From Candidatus Freyarchaeum deiterrae (GTDB lineage: Archaea > Asgardarchaeota > Jordiarchaeia > Jordiarchaeales > Jordiarchaeaceae), in assembly GCA_037305845.1 (NCBI GenBank), contig CP147778.1, forward strand, positions 2,880,001 through 2,944,000: a stretch of 64,000 nt of DNA. Direction: 5' to 3'. The notes under the pieces are model-generated. The model saw nothing but the letters and a program-made list of their open reading frames with translations. It did no database searches and had not been told where the DNA came from. This document shows positions 1 to 9,993 of the stretch, in pieces. The translations under genes and the position numbers were made by a program. The first letter of the stretch is position 1, and every line of letters begins with the position of its first letter.

Positions 1-420
1 TTTCGTTTTGACCAAGTCCGTATAAGTATATGATAGGCTGCAGCCGATGTAAAACATGCTTTTATTTTTTGGTGGATTCATGTATTTTTTTAGGTTCTCC
101 TCTTTTTCCTCGGTTTCCAATTCTAATCCAACGGACATTAAATTCACTGGTACGTCCTCAGACATTAATAACAGGCTTCTTACTCCCTCTTTGCGGTTTT
201 TTATCAATTTTATTTCTTTTACAAGCTCGGCCGGGTTCGAACGTGTCGGGCAAATAACGTTGCAATACAAGCAGCCGCCACAATTCTTAATTATTTGCTC
301 AGAAGTTTTCGTTTCAATCATTCTGGAAATTTCTTCCTTAGCCTCCTCTATTGGCAGTTGCAAAAATGGACACTGCGAGAGACAAATGCCACACCGATTA
401 CAAGATTCAGCATCAAACAT
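1..420 (-). CDS. (Fe-S)-binding oxidoreductase, HdrD/GlpC-like (N-terminal part; runs off the left window edge)
   Basis: Not in the ORF track. Manual translation from ATG at 420 (GGAGGG SD upstream): MFDAESCNRCGICLSQCP...KNCGGCLYCNVICP...MFYIGCSLSY. Two CxxCxxCxxxCP 4Fe-4S motifs are followed by the YxGC start of a CCG-type domain. Confidence 0.85.
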   Translation of the reverse strand, partial: MFDAESCNRCGICLSQCPFLQLPIEEAKEEISRMIETKTSEQIIKNCGGCLYCNVICPTRSNPAELVKEIKLIKNRKEGVRSLLLMSEDVPVNLMSVGLELETEEKEENLKKYMNPPKNKSMFYIGCSLSYTYTDLVKTK

Positions 421-755
421 TTTTGTTTCCCTCCAAATTCTCCCAAAATCTTTGAAAACGCCTCGTTTACTTTTTCGGCTAAACAATCTTTAATGATAAT
501 ATCATCTTAAAAAACTTGTCCTCCTTGTAAATATAATTTTTTTAATAAAATTGGAGCGTTGCAGAATGATTTTTAGTTATATTTCGTCTCCCTTACTTTA
601 GTTCCAATAAATGTCGGCGAGTCCCTTTAGCTAAGAAAATTTTTTTCTAGACTTATTTAGGCATAGAAATGCTTTTATTTTGATGCAATCCACTCTAATA
701 TGTTTTCCCTGCCTCACGCCTAGGCATCCCTAAAATCTTTGTGAAGTGATTTTAG

Positions 756-1220
756 ATGGAAGATAAACATGTTTACGCGTTCTCCGGCACTATTTTTAAA
801 AATGTGATCGCTCGCCTCGAAGAAACCATGGGCGCTGACACGATTAGAGCAGTTTTTCGCCTCGTTGGTACGAACCTGGGAAAGAATGCCTTAGAAAGAA
901 TAAAGGATAACAAAAATATTTCCAAGTGCACTCTCGGAGAATTCGCAAAAATTTTCGTAGATGAAGTTATAGCCCCGGTCACAGGAAGCGATGGTGTAAC
1001 TCTAAAGAATTCCTCCCCCAACGAGGTAGAAATAGATATACTTGTTTGCCCCTTCCAGAAATTGGGTTTTGATGTATCAAACAAGTTCTGCTGTACATAC
1101 ACTGAAGGACTAATAGGAAGATTTTTCGAAGAAAAGCTCGGAAAGGATTCCCAACTAAGAATAAAATCTTTAAAAAGCAATGGGGACAACAAGTGCTCAT
1201 TCCAAATATCCAAACTATAA
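756..1220 (+). CDS. V4R / methanogen-output-domain-like small protein
   Basis: Helical N-terminus (LVGTNLGKNA), then CPF...CCTYTEGLIGRFF...SLKSNGDNKCSFQI, the Cys pattern of V4R/MetOD-type domains. Confidence 0.7.
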   Translation: MEDKHVYAFSGTIFKNVIARLEETMGADTIRAVFRLVGTNLGKNALERIKDNKNISKCTLGEFAKIFVDEVIAPVTGSDGVTLKNSSPNEVEIDILVCPFQKLGFDVSNKFCCTYTEGLIGRFFEEKLGKDSQLRIKSLKSNGDNKCSFQISKL

Positions 1221-1485
1221 TCCCACTTTTTTTTAAAATACAGATATGCGAAAAAGAAAGAGTAGAAACACATGGAATTCACAAATCTGATAAGTTATAC
1301 TTGTAATACTATTTAACCCATTAGATACTACTATCTACCCTTGGTGACTATCAAGCATCTAAAAATCACATAGAAAAGCGGAGAGACGATTGGTAATTCG
1401 ATTATAGCATCCAATTTATATGTTAATTTTTTATAAGGGTGATGTCGACAATTAATTGTATTGTTGAGAAAAGGAAGGGAAATCG

Positions 1486-2187
1486 TTGGCGGCTGATCAT
1501 AAATTCCATGTATTGGTTTCGGATTTAGATGGGACTCTCACCTCCCTCGATAGCAGGTTGTATCTTCCCGCCGTTGAAGTAATAAGGAAACTGGAGAATC
1601 AGGGCATTCATGTGATTCTCTGTTCGGGCAACATAACATGCTCCCTGTTAACTCTGGAATTTTATTTCGGAATAAGCGGGCCAATAATCGCAGAGAACGG
1701 AGGAGTGGTTATGAAACGCGGATGGGAAAAGCCCATTATACTAGGTTCAAAGGAACACCCCCTCAAAGCGTTGAGCATGCTTAAAGAAACTTTCGGAGAT
1801 AAAATAGAGGAGACGGGAGACCAATTCTACCGGTTCACAGACGTCGCCATTAGAAGAACAATTGACCTAGAGACCATAACAAAAACTTTAGAAAATAAAA
1901 GAGAAAAAATTAAGGTTTTAGATTCCGGCTATGCGATTCATCTATGCGATGCTCAGGTTAGTAAAGCTATAGGTGTGAGGAAAGCGGTTGAAACACTCGG
2001 TTACCAGTCGAAGGACGCACTCGGGATAGGTGATGGACAAAACGACATAGAACTACTTCAGGAAGTAGGATACGGGATAGCTCTAAACCACGCTCCAAAA
2101 GTTCTCAAAGATGCAGCAGACTACGTAACTAAGAATTCATACGGCGAAGGGTTTGTAGAAGCAATGGAGACCTTTTTTGATATATAA
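1486..2187 (+). CDS. HAD-superfamily phosphoglycolate phosphatase (archaeal SPP-like/Cof subfamily IIB)
   Basis: DLDGTLT motif I, ILCSGN, IIAENGG, SKAIG, GIGDGQND motif IV; TTG start. Confidence 0.9.
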   Translation: MAADHKFHVLVSDLDGTLTSLDSRLYLPAVEVIRKLENQGIHVILCSGNITCSLLTLEFYFGISGPIIAENGGVVMKRGWEKPIILGSKEHPLKALSMLKETFGDKIEETGDQFYRFTDVAIRRTIDLETITKTLENKREKIKVLDSGYAIHLCDAQVSKAIGVRKAVETLGYQSKDALGIGDGQNDIELLQEVGYGIALNHAPKVLKDAADYVTKNSYGEGFVEAMETFFDI

Positions 2188-2323
2188 GAATAAAAATTAT
2201 CTTATGAAATAATATCATGTTTATGTTAACAGAAAAGCTATGACTCCATAAAAACCACAAAAATCAAAATAGGAGCAATTTTCCTCTGAACCTGAACAAT
2301 CGGAATCGTAGAAAGTTTTAAAC

Positions 2324-2827
2324 TCAGTAGGGAAACCAATCACTAGCACCTTCAAGTTTCTTGCTGAAAGCAGGCCATAACATCAGCGCGGCGTATATTA
2401 CGCTGAATGATGTGAATCCAAGAACCACAATTTCCATAGGTGTTGAGGAATAAGCTGGTCCTGGGTTTAGGGCGAATCCAAGCATCTCTGGGATTAAAAG
2501 AATTGGTAAGAGCCAACCGAGTATTCTTATCGGTCCTTTTTTTGCCAAGAGGAGTGCCCCAACAAAAACTATTGCAATACCAGAAATCAAAGATAAGTAA
2601 CAGAATGCAAACGAAATCGTCTGTAAGATACCAAAACCTACGTTACTTAGAAAAATGATTAGATCAACTCCCCGGAAACCACTGTATACCAAGAAGAGAA
2701 AGTTGGAAAGGTAATCAGCGCCATTTGTAAACAGAAGGTAGTAGTGAACTACCAACGCAAATGTCGATATACCACCAGCCACGGACGCTGTAAAACCAGC
2801 ATTTTTAACCCAATCCACTTTTCTCAT
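2324..2827 (-). CDS. Hypothetical integral membrane protein (~4 TM)
   Basis: Hydrophobic segments; GGAG SD; directly downstream of 2859..3644. Confidence 0.7.
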   Translation of the reverse strand: MRKVDWVKNAGFTASVAGGISTFALVVHYYLLFTNGADYLSNFLFLVYSGFRGVDLIIFLSNVGFGILQTISFAFCYLSLISGIAIVFVGALLLAKKGPIRILGWLLPILLIPEMLGFALNPGPAYSSTPMEIVVLGFTSFSVIYAALMLWPAFSKKLEGASDWFPY

Positions 2828-2858
2828 ACTGGAATAATCTCCTTCATGATAAACAGTT

Positions 2859-3644
2859 TTATTTCTTTTTTTTGCTTATTGGGCAACTGGTCATGCAGTC
2901 AAAACAGTTGTAGATCATTCCCGTTGTCAATACTTGCAGTATCTTCCAAGCCTCGGGGCTTCTTGCAAATTCTTGAATTTCTTTCCAGCCTGCATTCCTT
3001 TTCGCGAGTTCATTTACAGCAGCTACGAATCCTGGAATGAAGTACTTTAGGATGTTTGGTGCACATTTAAACACGTTCACTTCTCCTTGCGTGGAAATAG
3101 CTCCAACGGGGCAGGCTTTAACACAGGCTGCACACTTTTCTCTCTTGCACATCTTTTCCTTAAAAGGGTCGTCTGGTGTGAGATCCGCGTTAGTTATGAG
3201 GGCTCCTAATCTGACTCTTGGACCGTATTCGGGCGTTATCACGAGTCTGTTCAATCCTATTTCTCCCAAGCCCGCACACTGAGCCGCGTGTCTGAGAGAG
3301 ACTTCTCCCTTTAACCCCGAAGTTTCCCTGCTCATTTCAACTGGAAGGAAGGCTGGTATGGAGACCGCTTTAAGCCCCTTTCTAGTTAATAATTTTGCTA
3401 AGCCGTAAAGAATCCTATCAATCTCGTGATAAAGTTGATTAACGTTGTACTGCATTATCTGAAGATTTTCGGAATCTAAAACTGGTCCAAAGTGCTCCAG
3501 CGCAATTACCACCAGCGCTTTTGCATCAGGCATTATCTCGAAAAGGTTCCCTCTACCTTCAACCATCCTATCCGCTGAGCAAATTCCAACAAGATCAGCA
3601 CCCGTTTCGAGTGCAAAATTCTTAACTTCATCTGTAAGAGCCAT
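2859..3644 (-). CDS. QueG-like / reductive-dehalogenase-like 4Fe-4S (probably cobalamin-binding) oxidoreductase
   Basis: GADLVGI, SLRHAAQCAGLGEIGLNRLVITPEYGPRVRLGALIT, CxxxxCxxCxxxCP and a split second cluster (KC...CFDCMTSCP). Confidence 0.85.
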   Translation of the reverse strand: MALTDEVKNFALETGADLVGICSADRMVEGRGNLFEIMPDAKALVVIALEHFGPVLDSENLQIMQYNVNQLYHEIDRILYGLAKLLTRKGLKAVSIPAFLPVEMSRETSGLKGEVSLRHAAQCAGLGEIGLNRLVITPEYGPRVRLGALITNADLTPDDPFKEKMCKREKCAACVKACPVGAISTQGEVNVFKCAPNILKYFIPGFVAAVNELAKRNAGWKEIQEFARSPEAWKILQVLTTGMIYNCFDCMTSCPISKKKK

Positions 3645-3855
3645 ATCAAGTCACCATTCTCTGAATAAGTAGATACTCATTTACCTTTTAAAAACAGTTA
3701 GCTAATAGAATTCCGTGAGTATGGATAAAATTAACAAAAGTTATAGTATAAAATTAAAAAAGGTTTTTAAACCTAAAAAAGGTGGCCGCATAAAAATCCC
3801 CAATAAATAGAAAGTAGTTTATTTTTGTTAAAAAAAAAGAAAAAAATTGAAGAGT

Positions 3856-4452
3856 TTAAAGTATGCCCCGGTTTTCGACTTTACGTCTCCAGAATATCCC
3901 CCATCCCCAGAGAACGAGTGATGCAGCTAGTGATCCGATGCCAATGAAGCTTCCTAAGAATACAGAAAGATCTTGAAATGGCGTTTTGAAACTAGACTCA
4001 ATAGTTAACGCTAGGGGATTTGCTACTATGAAATAATAAGCTAACGACCCGTAGATTATAGCTGCGACTCCTATAACCACTCCAACGATAGAAACTATTA
4101 TGAACCGTGTAGCGTACCATTCGATTCTGTTGTAGACTTGGTCTGCTATTTTATTAGGCTTACTTTTCAATCTTTTTCCTTCACTGCGCAGCCAGTATAA
4201 ACCCCAAAGCGTTAGGAAACCTCCAATGGCAATCGAAGCTAAACCAACGAATAACGCTATAAATATCGCAATACCTGATGCCAAGGGTACAGTAGTACTA
4301 TAAATAATGGAAGTACCGTAGACCAAGTAGGTAATAACTGCATAGACCAAGCTTATGGCTCCGATAGCTACTAGAATAACACTAGCAATAATGTACTTAG
4401 ACGCTATTGATATGATTGAGGCACTAGCCCCCAAATCTATTTCTTTAGCCAT
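3856..4452 (-). CDS. Hypothetical membrane protein with an internal duplication of a 2-TM unit
   Basis: Start reassigned to ATG 4452 (GGTGGAGG SD). The halves are similar: YIIASVILVAIG...LTLWGLYWLR versus FIIVSIVGVVIG...LVLWGWGIFWRR. Confidence 0.7.
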   Translation of the reverse strand: MAKEIDLGASASIISIASKYIIASVILVAIGAISLVYAVITYLVYGTSIIYSTTVPLASGIAIFIALFVGLASIAIGGFLTLWGLYWLRSEGKRLKSKPNKIADQVYNRIEWYATRFIIVSIVGVVIGVAAIIYGSLAYYFIVANPLALTIESSFKTPFQDLSVFLGSFIGIGSLAASLVLWGWGIFWRRKVENRGIL

Positions 4453-4669
4453 TATTAACCCTCCACCTGAAAGGCTTATTGTTGTATAAGTTAAGCGGCT
4501 TTTACATTTAAATAACTTGGGAATTAGGCAATTATGAAACCAGAGATTTTTAATCATACTTTCCTTTCTAATGATTTCTTGGAGAATTGAATAAAACACC
4601 TCAATCAAATCTTCTAGGGTAAGCAGGAAAAAATCGATGATTGAAAATTAGTTACGCAGCAGAAATTTT

Positions 4670-4897
4670 CTACTCATAAGCGAACTCCTCTGCGTAAATT
4701 ATGTACGTTGGTCTACCCCATTGTTTAAAGTCTTTTTTAATTATTTTTCCCTGCAGGATTACTTCGTCACCTTTACTGAAATTACCTTGCTTGTTAGAGC
4801 GAACCAGGATTTCTTTTGGAATTCCTTTAATTCCAATATTTTCTTCTAATTTTATGGCGAAATAAACACCATATAAATCTCCGTTGAAGAGAACTCT
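4670..4897 (-). pseudogene. Cryptic fifth OB-like repeat, in frame directly behind the TAA stop of 4898..6427
   Basis: Manual translation gives 75 open codons with no start codon: RVLFNGDLYGVYFAIKLEENIGIKGIPKEILVRSNKQGNFSKGDEVILQGKIIKKDFKQWGRPTYIIYAEEFAYE*. It lacks the IRGxVTxES strand. Confidence 0.85.
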
Positions 4898-6427
4898 TTA
4901 ACTGCCAATTTGAAGTGACTCGTTATAGCAATGGTCTGCAAGAATTAGATACATTGGTTTTTTCCAATATCCTAGATTTGCTTTAATTATTTTTCCCTGT
5001 AGAATTACTTTATCGCCTTTCCTGAAATAACCTGCTCTTTCGGAGCAAACTAGAATTTGATGGGGAATTCCTTCAATGCCAATATTTCCTTCTAATCTCA
5101 TAGGAAAATAAGCTTCAACAAAACTTCCATTTCCTCTAGCTCTTGTCCTTGAGTCTCCCGTTACTGAACCTCGAATCATACCCCTGTATAATACTCGTCT
5201 CCTATCCGCTAACCCCATCTGGCTAAACTGAAGTGACTCGTTATAGCAATGGTCTGCAAGAATTAGATACATCGGTCTGTTCCAGGGTCTAGTTTCTGTT
5301 TCAAATATTTCCCCTGTCAAAATTACCCCATCACCTGTTGCAAAATAACCAAAGTCAAGAGTATCAACTAAAATTTTATCAGGAACTTCTTCAAAACCCT
5401 CTTCTAATTTCATGGTAAAATAAGTTCTCAGAAAACGCCCCTCACTACCACCAGCGCTCATTATCGATTCTTCGGTTACTGAGCCTCGAATCAGGCCTCC
5501 ATGTAATACTCGCATTCTCCTGAAATCTTTAGCCTCGCCAATCTGGAGTGATTCGTTATAGAACTGGTCTGCCTCAATTATATACATCGGTCTGTTCCAA
5601 CGTCTAAGATTCATTTCAAGTATTCGTCCTTGTAAAATTACTTTGTCACCTTTCCCGAAATAACCGTGCTTTTTACAGTGAACCAGAATTTCACTAGGAA
5701 CTCCTCCAATTCCAATATTTTCTTCCAATCTTATAACAAAATAATTTCCGTAAAACTCATTTCCTAAAAGCCCTGCTCTTGATTCTTTCGTTACTGAGCC
5801 TCGAATCATGCCTTTGAATACTAGTTTTCCTGTTGTTAGCCCTCCATCTCCGATCTGGAGTGATTCGTTATAGTAATGGTCTGCAACAATGTCAAACATC
5901 GGTCTACTCCATCGACTAAGATTTGTTTTGAATAGTTTCCCCTGTAAAACTACTTCGTCACCTTTGTCGAAGTAACCGAACTTGGAAGTGAGAACCAGAA
6001 TTTCTTCGGGAACGCCTTCAAAACCTTCTTCTTGTCTCATAGCAAAACAAACTTCAGAAAAATCATAAAGTGGAGAAGAAGAGTTAGTAGAAGGAGGGTT
6101 TAAAAAGTTTATAGGCGGGTATGTTGCTACAAACACTGAAGTGTGAATCAGCATTGATCCTTTCGTTACCAAACCTCTAATTGTACCTTCATACAGTACT
6201 GGTGTACTCGCTCCGCTCACGGCCGGCGGGCTGGGAGTAGGTATTATTTCGTAAACCGTTGGGTTCTCATCCTCTTTAATAACTGCTTCTTCCGAAGAGA
6301 CGTCTTCATCGTAAACGTAGTTCGGGTCGATAGGCTCGCCGCAGTGTGGACAAAACAGGGCACCATTCGGAACTTGTACGCCGCAGTAAGCGCACCACTT
6401 TGTTTCGGGAACCCTTTTCCTACTCAT
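4898..6427 (-). CDS. Zinc ribbon + 4 tandem OB-fold-like repeats (family member A3)
   Basis: CAYC..CPHC N-terminus; 4 copies of GxIRGxVTxES..FxMxLEE..PDEILV..GYFxxGDxVILQGKI..WxRPMYxIxADHxYNESLQIG. Confidence 0.85.
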   Translation of the reverse strand: MSRKRVPETKWCAYCGVQVPNGALFCPHCGEPIDPNYVYDEDVSSEEAVIKEDENPTVYEIIPTPSPPAVSGASTPVLYEGTIRGLVTKGSMLIHTSVFVATYPPINFLNPPSTNSSSPLYDFSEVCFAMRQEEGFEGVPEEILVLTSKFGYFDKGDEVVLQGKLFKTNLSRWSRPMFDIVADHYYNESLQIGDGGLTTGKLVFKGMIRGSVTKESRAGLLGNEFYGNYFVIRLEENIGIGGVPSEILVHCKKHGYFGKGDKVILQGRILEMNLRRWNRPMYIIEADQFYNESLQIGEAKDFRRMRVLHGGLIRGSVTEESIMSAGGSEGRFLRTYFTMKLEEGFEEVPDKILVDTLDFGYFATGDGVILTGEIFETETRPWNRPMYLILADHCYNESLQFSQMGLADRRRVLYRGMIRGSVTGDSRTRARGNGSFVEAYFPMRLEGNIGIEGIPHQILVCSERAGYFRKGDKVILQGKIIKANLGYWKKPMYLILADHCYNESLQIGS

Positions 6428-6545
6428 CTTTTATCCCTCTATTATAAATAGTACCCTCGTTCTGTTAATTATTCTTTTTGATGAATGCAAAAAAACAAAG
6501 AGACTAAAAATTTTCACTATTCAGAAGCAGCAGAATAAATTCAAT
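6428..6545 (-). promoter_or_regulatory. Conserved family upstream element (BRE/TATA-like + small palindrome + GAGGG SD)
   Basis: Minus strand: TTTGCATTCATCAAAAAGAATAATTAACAGAACGAGGGTACTATTTATAATAGAGGGATAAAAGATG; homologous copies precede all nine genes. Confidence 0.7.
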
Positions 6546-6555
6546 GAAGGATTCT

Positions 6556-8076
6556 TTAATTGCCAATTTGAAGCGATTCTTCATAGTAATGCTCTGCAAC
6601 AATTAGATACATCGGTTTTTTCCAATGTTTAAGATTTGTTTCAAGTATTTCCCCTTGCAAAATTACTTTATCTCCTATCCCGAAATAACCTACCTTTTTA
6701 GATTCAACTAGAATTTCGTCAGGAAGTCCTTTGATTCCAATATTCTCTTCTAATTTCATGGCAAAATAAGTTCCAGCAAAATCTCCATTTTCTGAGGTTT
6801 TTGTCTTTGATTCTCTCGTTACTGTACCTCGAATCGTACCTCTGAATACTTGTTTCCCTGACATCAACATTACAACGTCAATCTGAAGCGATTCATTATA
6901 GAAATGTTTTGCACTAATAAGATACATCGGTTTTTTCCAATGTTTAAGATTTGTTTCAAGTATTTCCCCTTCCAAAATTACTTTGTCACCTTTTCCGAAA
7001 TAACCGAAGTGGAAAGTTTGAACTAAAATTTCATCAGGAATTTCTGCAAAATTCTCTTCTAATTTCATGGCAAAATAAGTTCCAGCAAAAGCCGCTCCAT
7101 CAGCTCTTATTACTGATTCCCTTGTTACTGTACCTCGAATCATGCCTCTATGTAAAACTCGTTTACTCCTCATAGATTCAGCCTCGCCAATCTTGAGTGA
7201 TTCGTTGTAGAAATGGTCTGCTTGAACGATATACGACGGTCTTTCCCATTTTTTAAGAACTTTTTCAGTTATTTCTCCTTGTAAAATTACTTTGTCACCT
7301 TTTCCGAAATAACCCTGCTTGTGACAGTGAACCAAAATTTCATCAGGAATTCCTCCAATTCCAATACTTTCTTCCAATCGTATAACAAAATAATTTCCGT
7401 AAAACCTATCATTTCCTAAAAACCCAGTTCTTGATTCTTTCGTTACTGAACCTCTAATCATGCCTTTGAATAATCGTTTTCCTTCCGTCAGACCACCATC
7501 ACCAATTCGGAGTGATTCGTTATAGTAATGGTCCGCAACAATTAGATACATCGGTCCACTCCAATAACTAAGATATGTTTTGAATAGTTTCCCTTGTAAA
7601 ATTACTTCGTCCCCTTTTCCGAAATAACCAAAATTGGAAGAGAGAACAAGAATTTCATCGGGCCCGCCTTCCAAATTCTCTTCTAGTCTCACAACAAAAC
7701 AAACCTCAGAAAAAACTTGGTACAGAGGAGGGGCTACAAAAGTAGAATTTGCAAAGTTTATATTGGGATACGGGCCTATCAACACTGAAGTATGAATTGG
7801 CATTAATCCTTTAGTTACCAAACCTCGAATAGTACCTTCATACAATATCTGTGTGCTAGTTTCGCTTACGGTCGGCGGCCTAGAAATGGGAGTTATTTCG
7901 CCAACCCTCTGATTCTCGCCCTCATTAGTGACTATGTCTTTCACAGTGATTCTTTTATCGTAAGTTTGACTCAGGTTGAAGGGCTCACCGCAACGCGGAC
8001 AGAACGTGGCACCAATTGGAGCTTGGGTGCCGCAGTAAGCGCATTGCTTTACTCCAATAAACTTTTTCCCACTCAT
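6556..8076 (-). CDS. Zinc ribbon + 4 tandem OB-fold-like repeats (family member A2)
   Basis: CAYC..CPRC; 4 repeats with the same consensus. Confidence 0.85.
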   Translation of the reverse strand: MSGKKFIGVKQCAYCGTQAPIGATFCPRCGEPFNLSQTYDKRITVKDIVTNEGENQRVGEITPISRPPTVSETSTQILYEGTIRGLVTKGLMPIHTSVLIGPYPNINFANSTFVAPPLYQVFSEVCFVVRLEENLEGGPDEILVLSSNFGYFGKGDEVILQGKLFKTYLSYWSGPMYLIVADHYYNESLRIGDGGLTEGKRLFKGMIRGSVTKESRTGFLGNDRFYGNYFVIRLEESIGIGGIPDEILVHCHKQGYFGKGDKVILQGEITEKVLKKWERPSYIVQADHFYNESLKIGEAESMRSKRVLHRGMIRGTVTRESVIRADGAAFAGTYFAMKLEENFAEIPDEILVQTFHFGYFGKGDKVILEGEILETNLKHWKKPMYLISAKHFYNESLQIDVVMLMSGKQVFRGTIRGTVTRESKTKTSENGDFAGTYFAMKLEENIGIKGLPDEILVESKKVGYFGIGDKVILQGEILETNLKHWKKPMYLIVAEHYYEESLQIGN

Positions 8077-8195
8077 CTTTCAATCCTCTATTACGAATAG
8101 TAACCTCATTCAGTTAATTATTCTTTTTGAAGGATGCAAAAAACGAAGAAATGAACAATTTTCACCATTCAGAAGTATAATGATAAATTCAATAG
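8077..8195 (-). promoter_or_regulatory. Conserved family upstream element
   Basis: TTTGCATCCTTCAAAAAGAATAATTAACTGAATGAGGTTACTATTCGTAATAGAGGATTGAAAGATG. Confidence 0.7.
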
Positions 8196-8204
8196 AGAAT
8201 TTTT

Positions 8205-9773
8205 TTAATCGCCAATTTGAAGTGACTCGTTATAGTACTGGTCTGCAATGATTAGATACATTGGCCTTTCCCAATGTCTAAAATTTGCTTTAAGTATTCT
8301 TCCCTGCAAAACTACTTCGTCACCTTTCCCGAAATAACCTATCCTTTCAGAGCGAACCAGAATTTCATCAGGAATTCCTGCAATTCCAATATTTCCTTCT
8401 AATTTCATGACAAAATAAACTTCAGTGGTGGTGTAATCACCCATACCAGGGGTAGAATGGTTTACAATCCTTGATCTTGAGTCTCTCGTAACCAAACCTC
8501 GAATTATACCTTTATATAATATCTGTTTTCTATTCACAAACCTCATATCGCTAAACTGTAGCGATTCATTAAAATAATGGTCAGCGATAATAGCATACAT
8601 TGTCCTGCCCCATCGATTAAGTGGCATTTTGAAGATTTTTCCCTGTAAAATTACTTCATCGCCTTTACCGAAATAGCCAAAGCTGCGAGTTTGGACTAAA
8701 ATTTTATCAGGAATTTCTTCAAAATCTTCTTCTAGTTTCATGACAAAAAGGGTTCTTTCAACAAAAAGCGTCATCTTAACGCCAGGACTTATTACTGATT
8801 CTTTCGCTACTGAACCTCGAATCTTACCTTCATATAATATTTTTTCGTAATCCATTGGTCCTTTATCGCCAATTTGGAGTGATTCATTATAGAAACGATC
8901 TGCATGAATGGCATATGATGGTTTACCCCATCGTCTAAGATTTGCTCCAAATATTCCTCCTTCTAAAATTACTCTATCGCCTATCCCAAAATAACCTACC
9001 TTATCGTAGCGAACCAGAATTTCGTCAGGCCCCCCTACAACATTTTCCTCTAGTTTCATGGCGAAACAAACTCCAGAAGTGACGTAAGTACCAAGTAGAG
9101 GGTTATTATGTACTGCAATTCTTGATTTTGAGTCTCTCCTTACTGAGCCTCGAATAACCCCTCTAAATAATGTTTGCTTTTTCTTCATCGATTGTTCATC
9201 GCCGGCCTGCAGTGATTCATTATAGTAGTGGTCCGCAATGATGGCGTACATTGGCTTATTCCAGTTTCTAAGATTTATTCTAAATATTCTTCCCTGTAAA
9301 GTTACTTTGTCACCTAATCCGAAATAACCAAATTTGGAGGTCTGAACCAGAACCTCGTTGGGGATTCCCTCAAAACCCTCTTCCAACCTCATAACAAACT
9401 TAGCCCCAGAAAAGCCGACATAAGGGATCGGAAGGGGCTCATAAAGATTTGAACCGTTAAAGAAGTTTGAGGTTCCCACCAACGGAGATGGAATCGTATC
9501 TGATTCTCCCGTTACCGAACCTCGCATCATACCCTCATATAATACCCTTACGCCTGTTTCAAGCACGGTAGGCGGACTGGGAGTTGGGATTATTTCGTCA
9601 ACCCTTAGATTCTCATCCTCTTTAATGACTGCTTCTTCCGGAGGGATGCTTTCATCGTAAACGTAATTGGGGTCAATAGGCTCACCGCAACGTGGACAGT
9701 ATAAAGCCCCATTTGGAATCTGGTAGCCATACGAAGCGCAACACCCCTTTTTAGGCTCCCTTTTTTCGCTCAT
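8205..9773 (-). CDS. Degenerate zinc ribbon + 4 tandem OB-fold-like repeats (family member A1)
   Basis: CCASY (first knuckle altered)..CPRC; 4 repeats. Confidence 0.85.
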   Translation of the reverse strand: MSEKREPKKGCCASYGYQIPNGALYCPRCGEPIDPNYVYDESIPPEEAVIKEDENLRVDEIIPTPSPPTVLETGVRVLYEGMMRGSVTGESDTIPSPLVGTSNFFNGSNLYEPLPIPYVGFSGAKFVMRLEEGFEGIPNEVLVQTSKFGYFGLGDKVTLQGRIFRINLRNWNKPMYAIIADHYYNESLQAGDEQSMKKKQTLFRGVIRGSVRRDSKSRIAVHNNPLLGTYVTSGVCFAMKLEENVVGGPDEILVRYDKVGYFGIGDRVILEGGIFGANLRRWGKPSYAIHADRFYNESLQIGDKGPMDYEKILYEGKIRGSVAKESVISPGVKMTLFVERTLFVMKLEEDFEEIPDKILVQTRSFGYFGKGDEVILQGKIFKMPLNRWGRTMYAIIADHYFNESLQFSDMRFVNRKQILYKGIIRGLVTRDSRSRIVNHSTPGMGDYTTTEVYFVMKLEGNIGIAGIPDEILVRSERIGYFGKGDEVVLQGRILKANFRHWERPMYLIIADQYYNESLQIGD

Positions 9774-9927
9774 CTTTCAACCCTCTATTGTGAATAGTCA
9801 CTAGTTCTATTAATTATTCTTTCGATTAATGCAAAGCACCGTAGAGATGAATAATTTCTCCTTTTTTCAACTGTATCGAAACAAATTCAATGGGGATATC
9901 TTCCATCGCCAATTGAAATGATTCATT
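9774..9927 (-). promoter_or_regulatory. Conserved family upstream element preceded by the 3' relic of a lost paralog
   Basis: AATGAATCATTTCAATTGGCGATGGAAGATATCCCCATTGA (NES..IGDG..stop relic), then ...TTTGCATTAATCGAAAGAATAATTAATAGAACTAGTGACTATTCACAATAGAGGGTTGAAAGATG. Confidence 0.7.
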
Positions 9928-9993
9928 AAGACGAGTTAATAAAAAGACGAGGGTATTAATTAAATTGTAAAAACTTGTTTCTTTCCGTGAGTT

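Noticed and set aside
30-510. Plus-strand ORFs 30..257, 56..493 and 295..510
   Set aside because: They are shadows of the minus-strand Fe-S protein gene (1..420), which has clear motifs and an SD.
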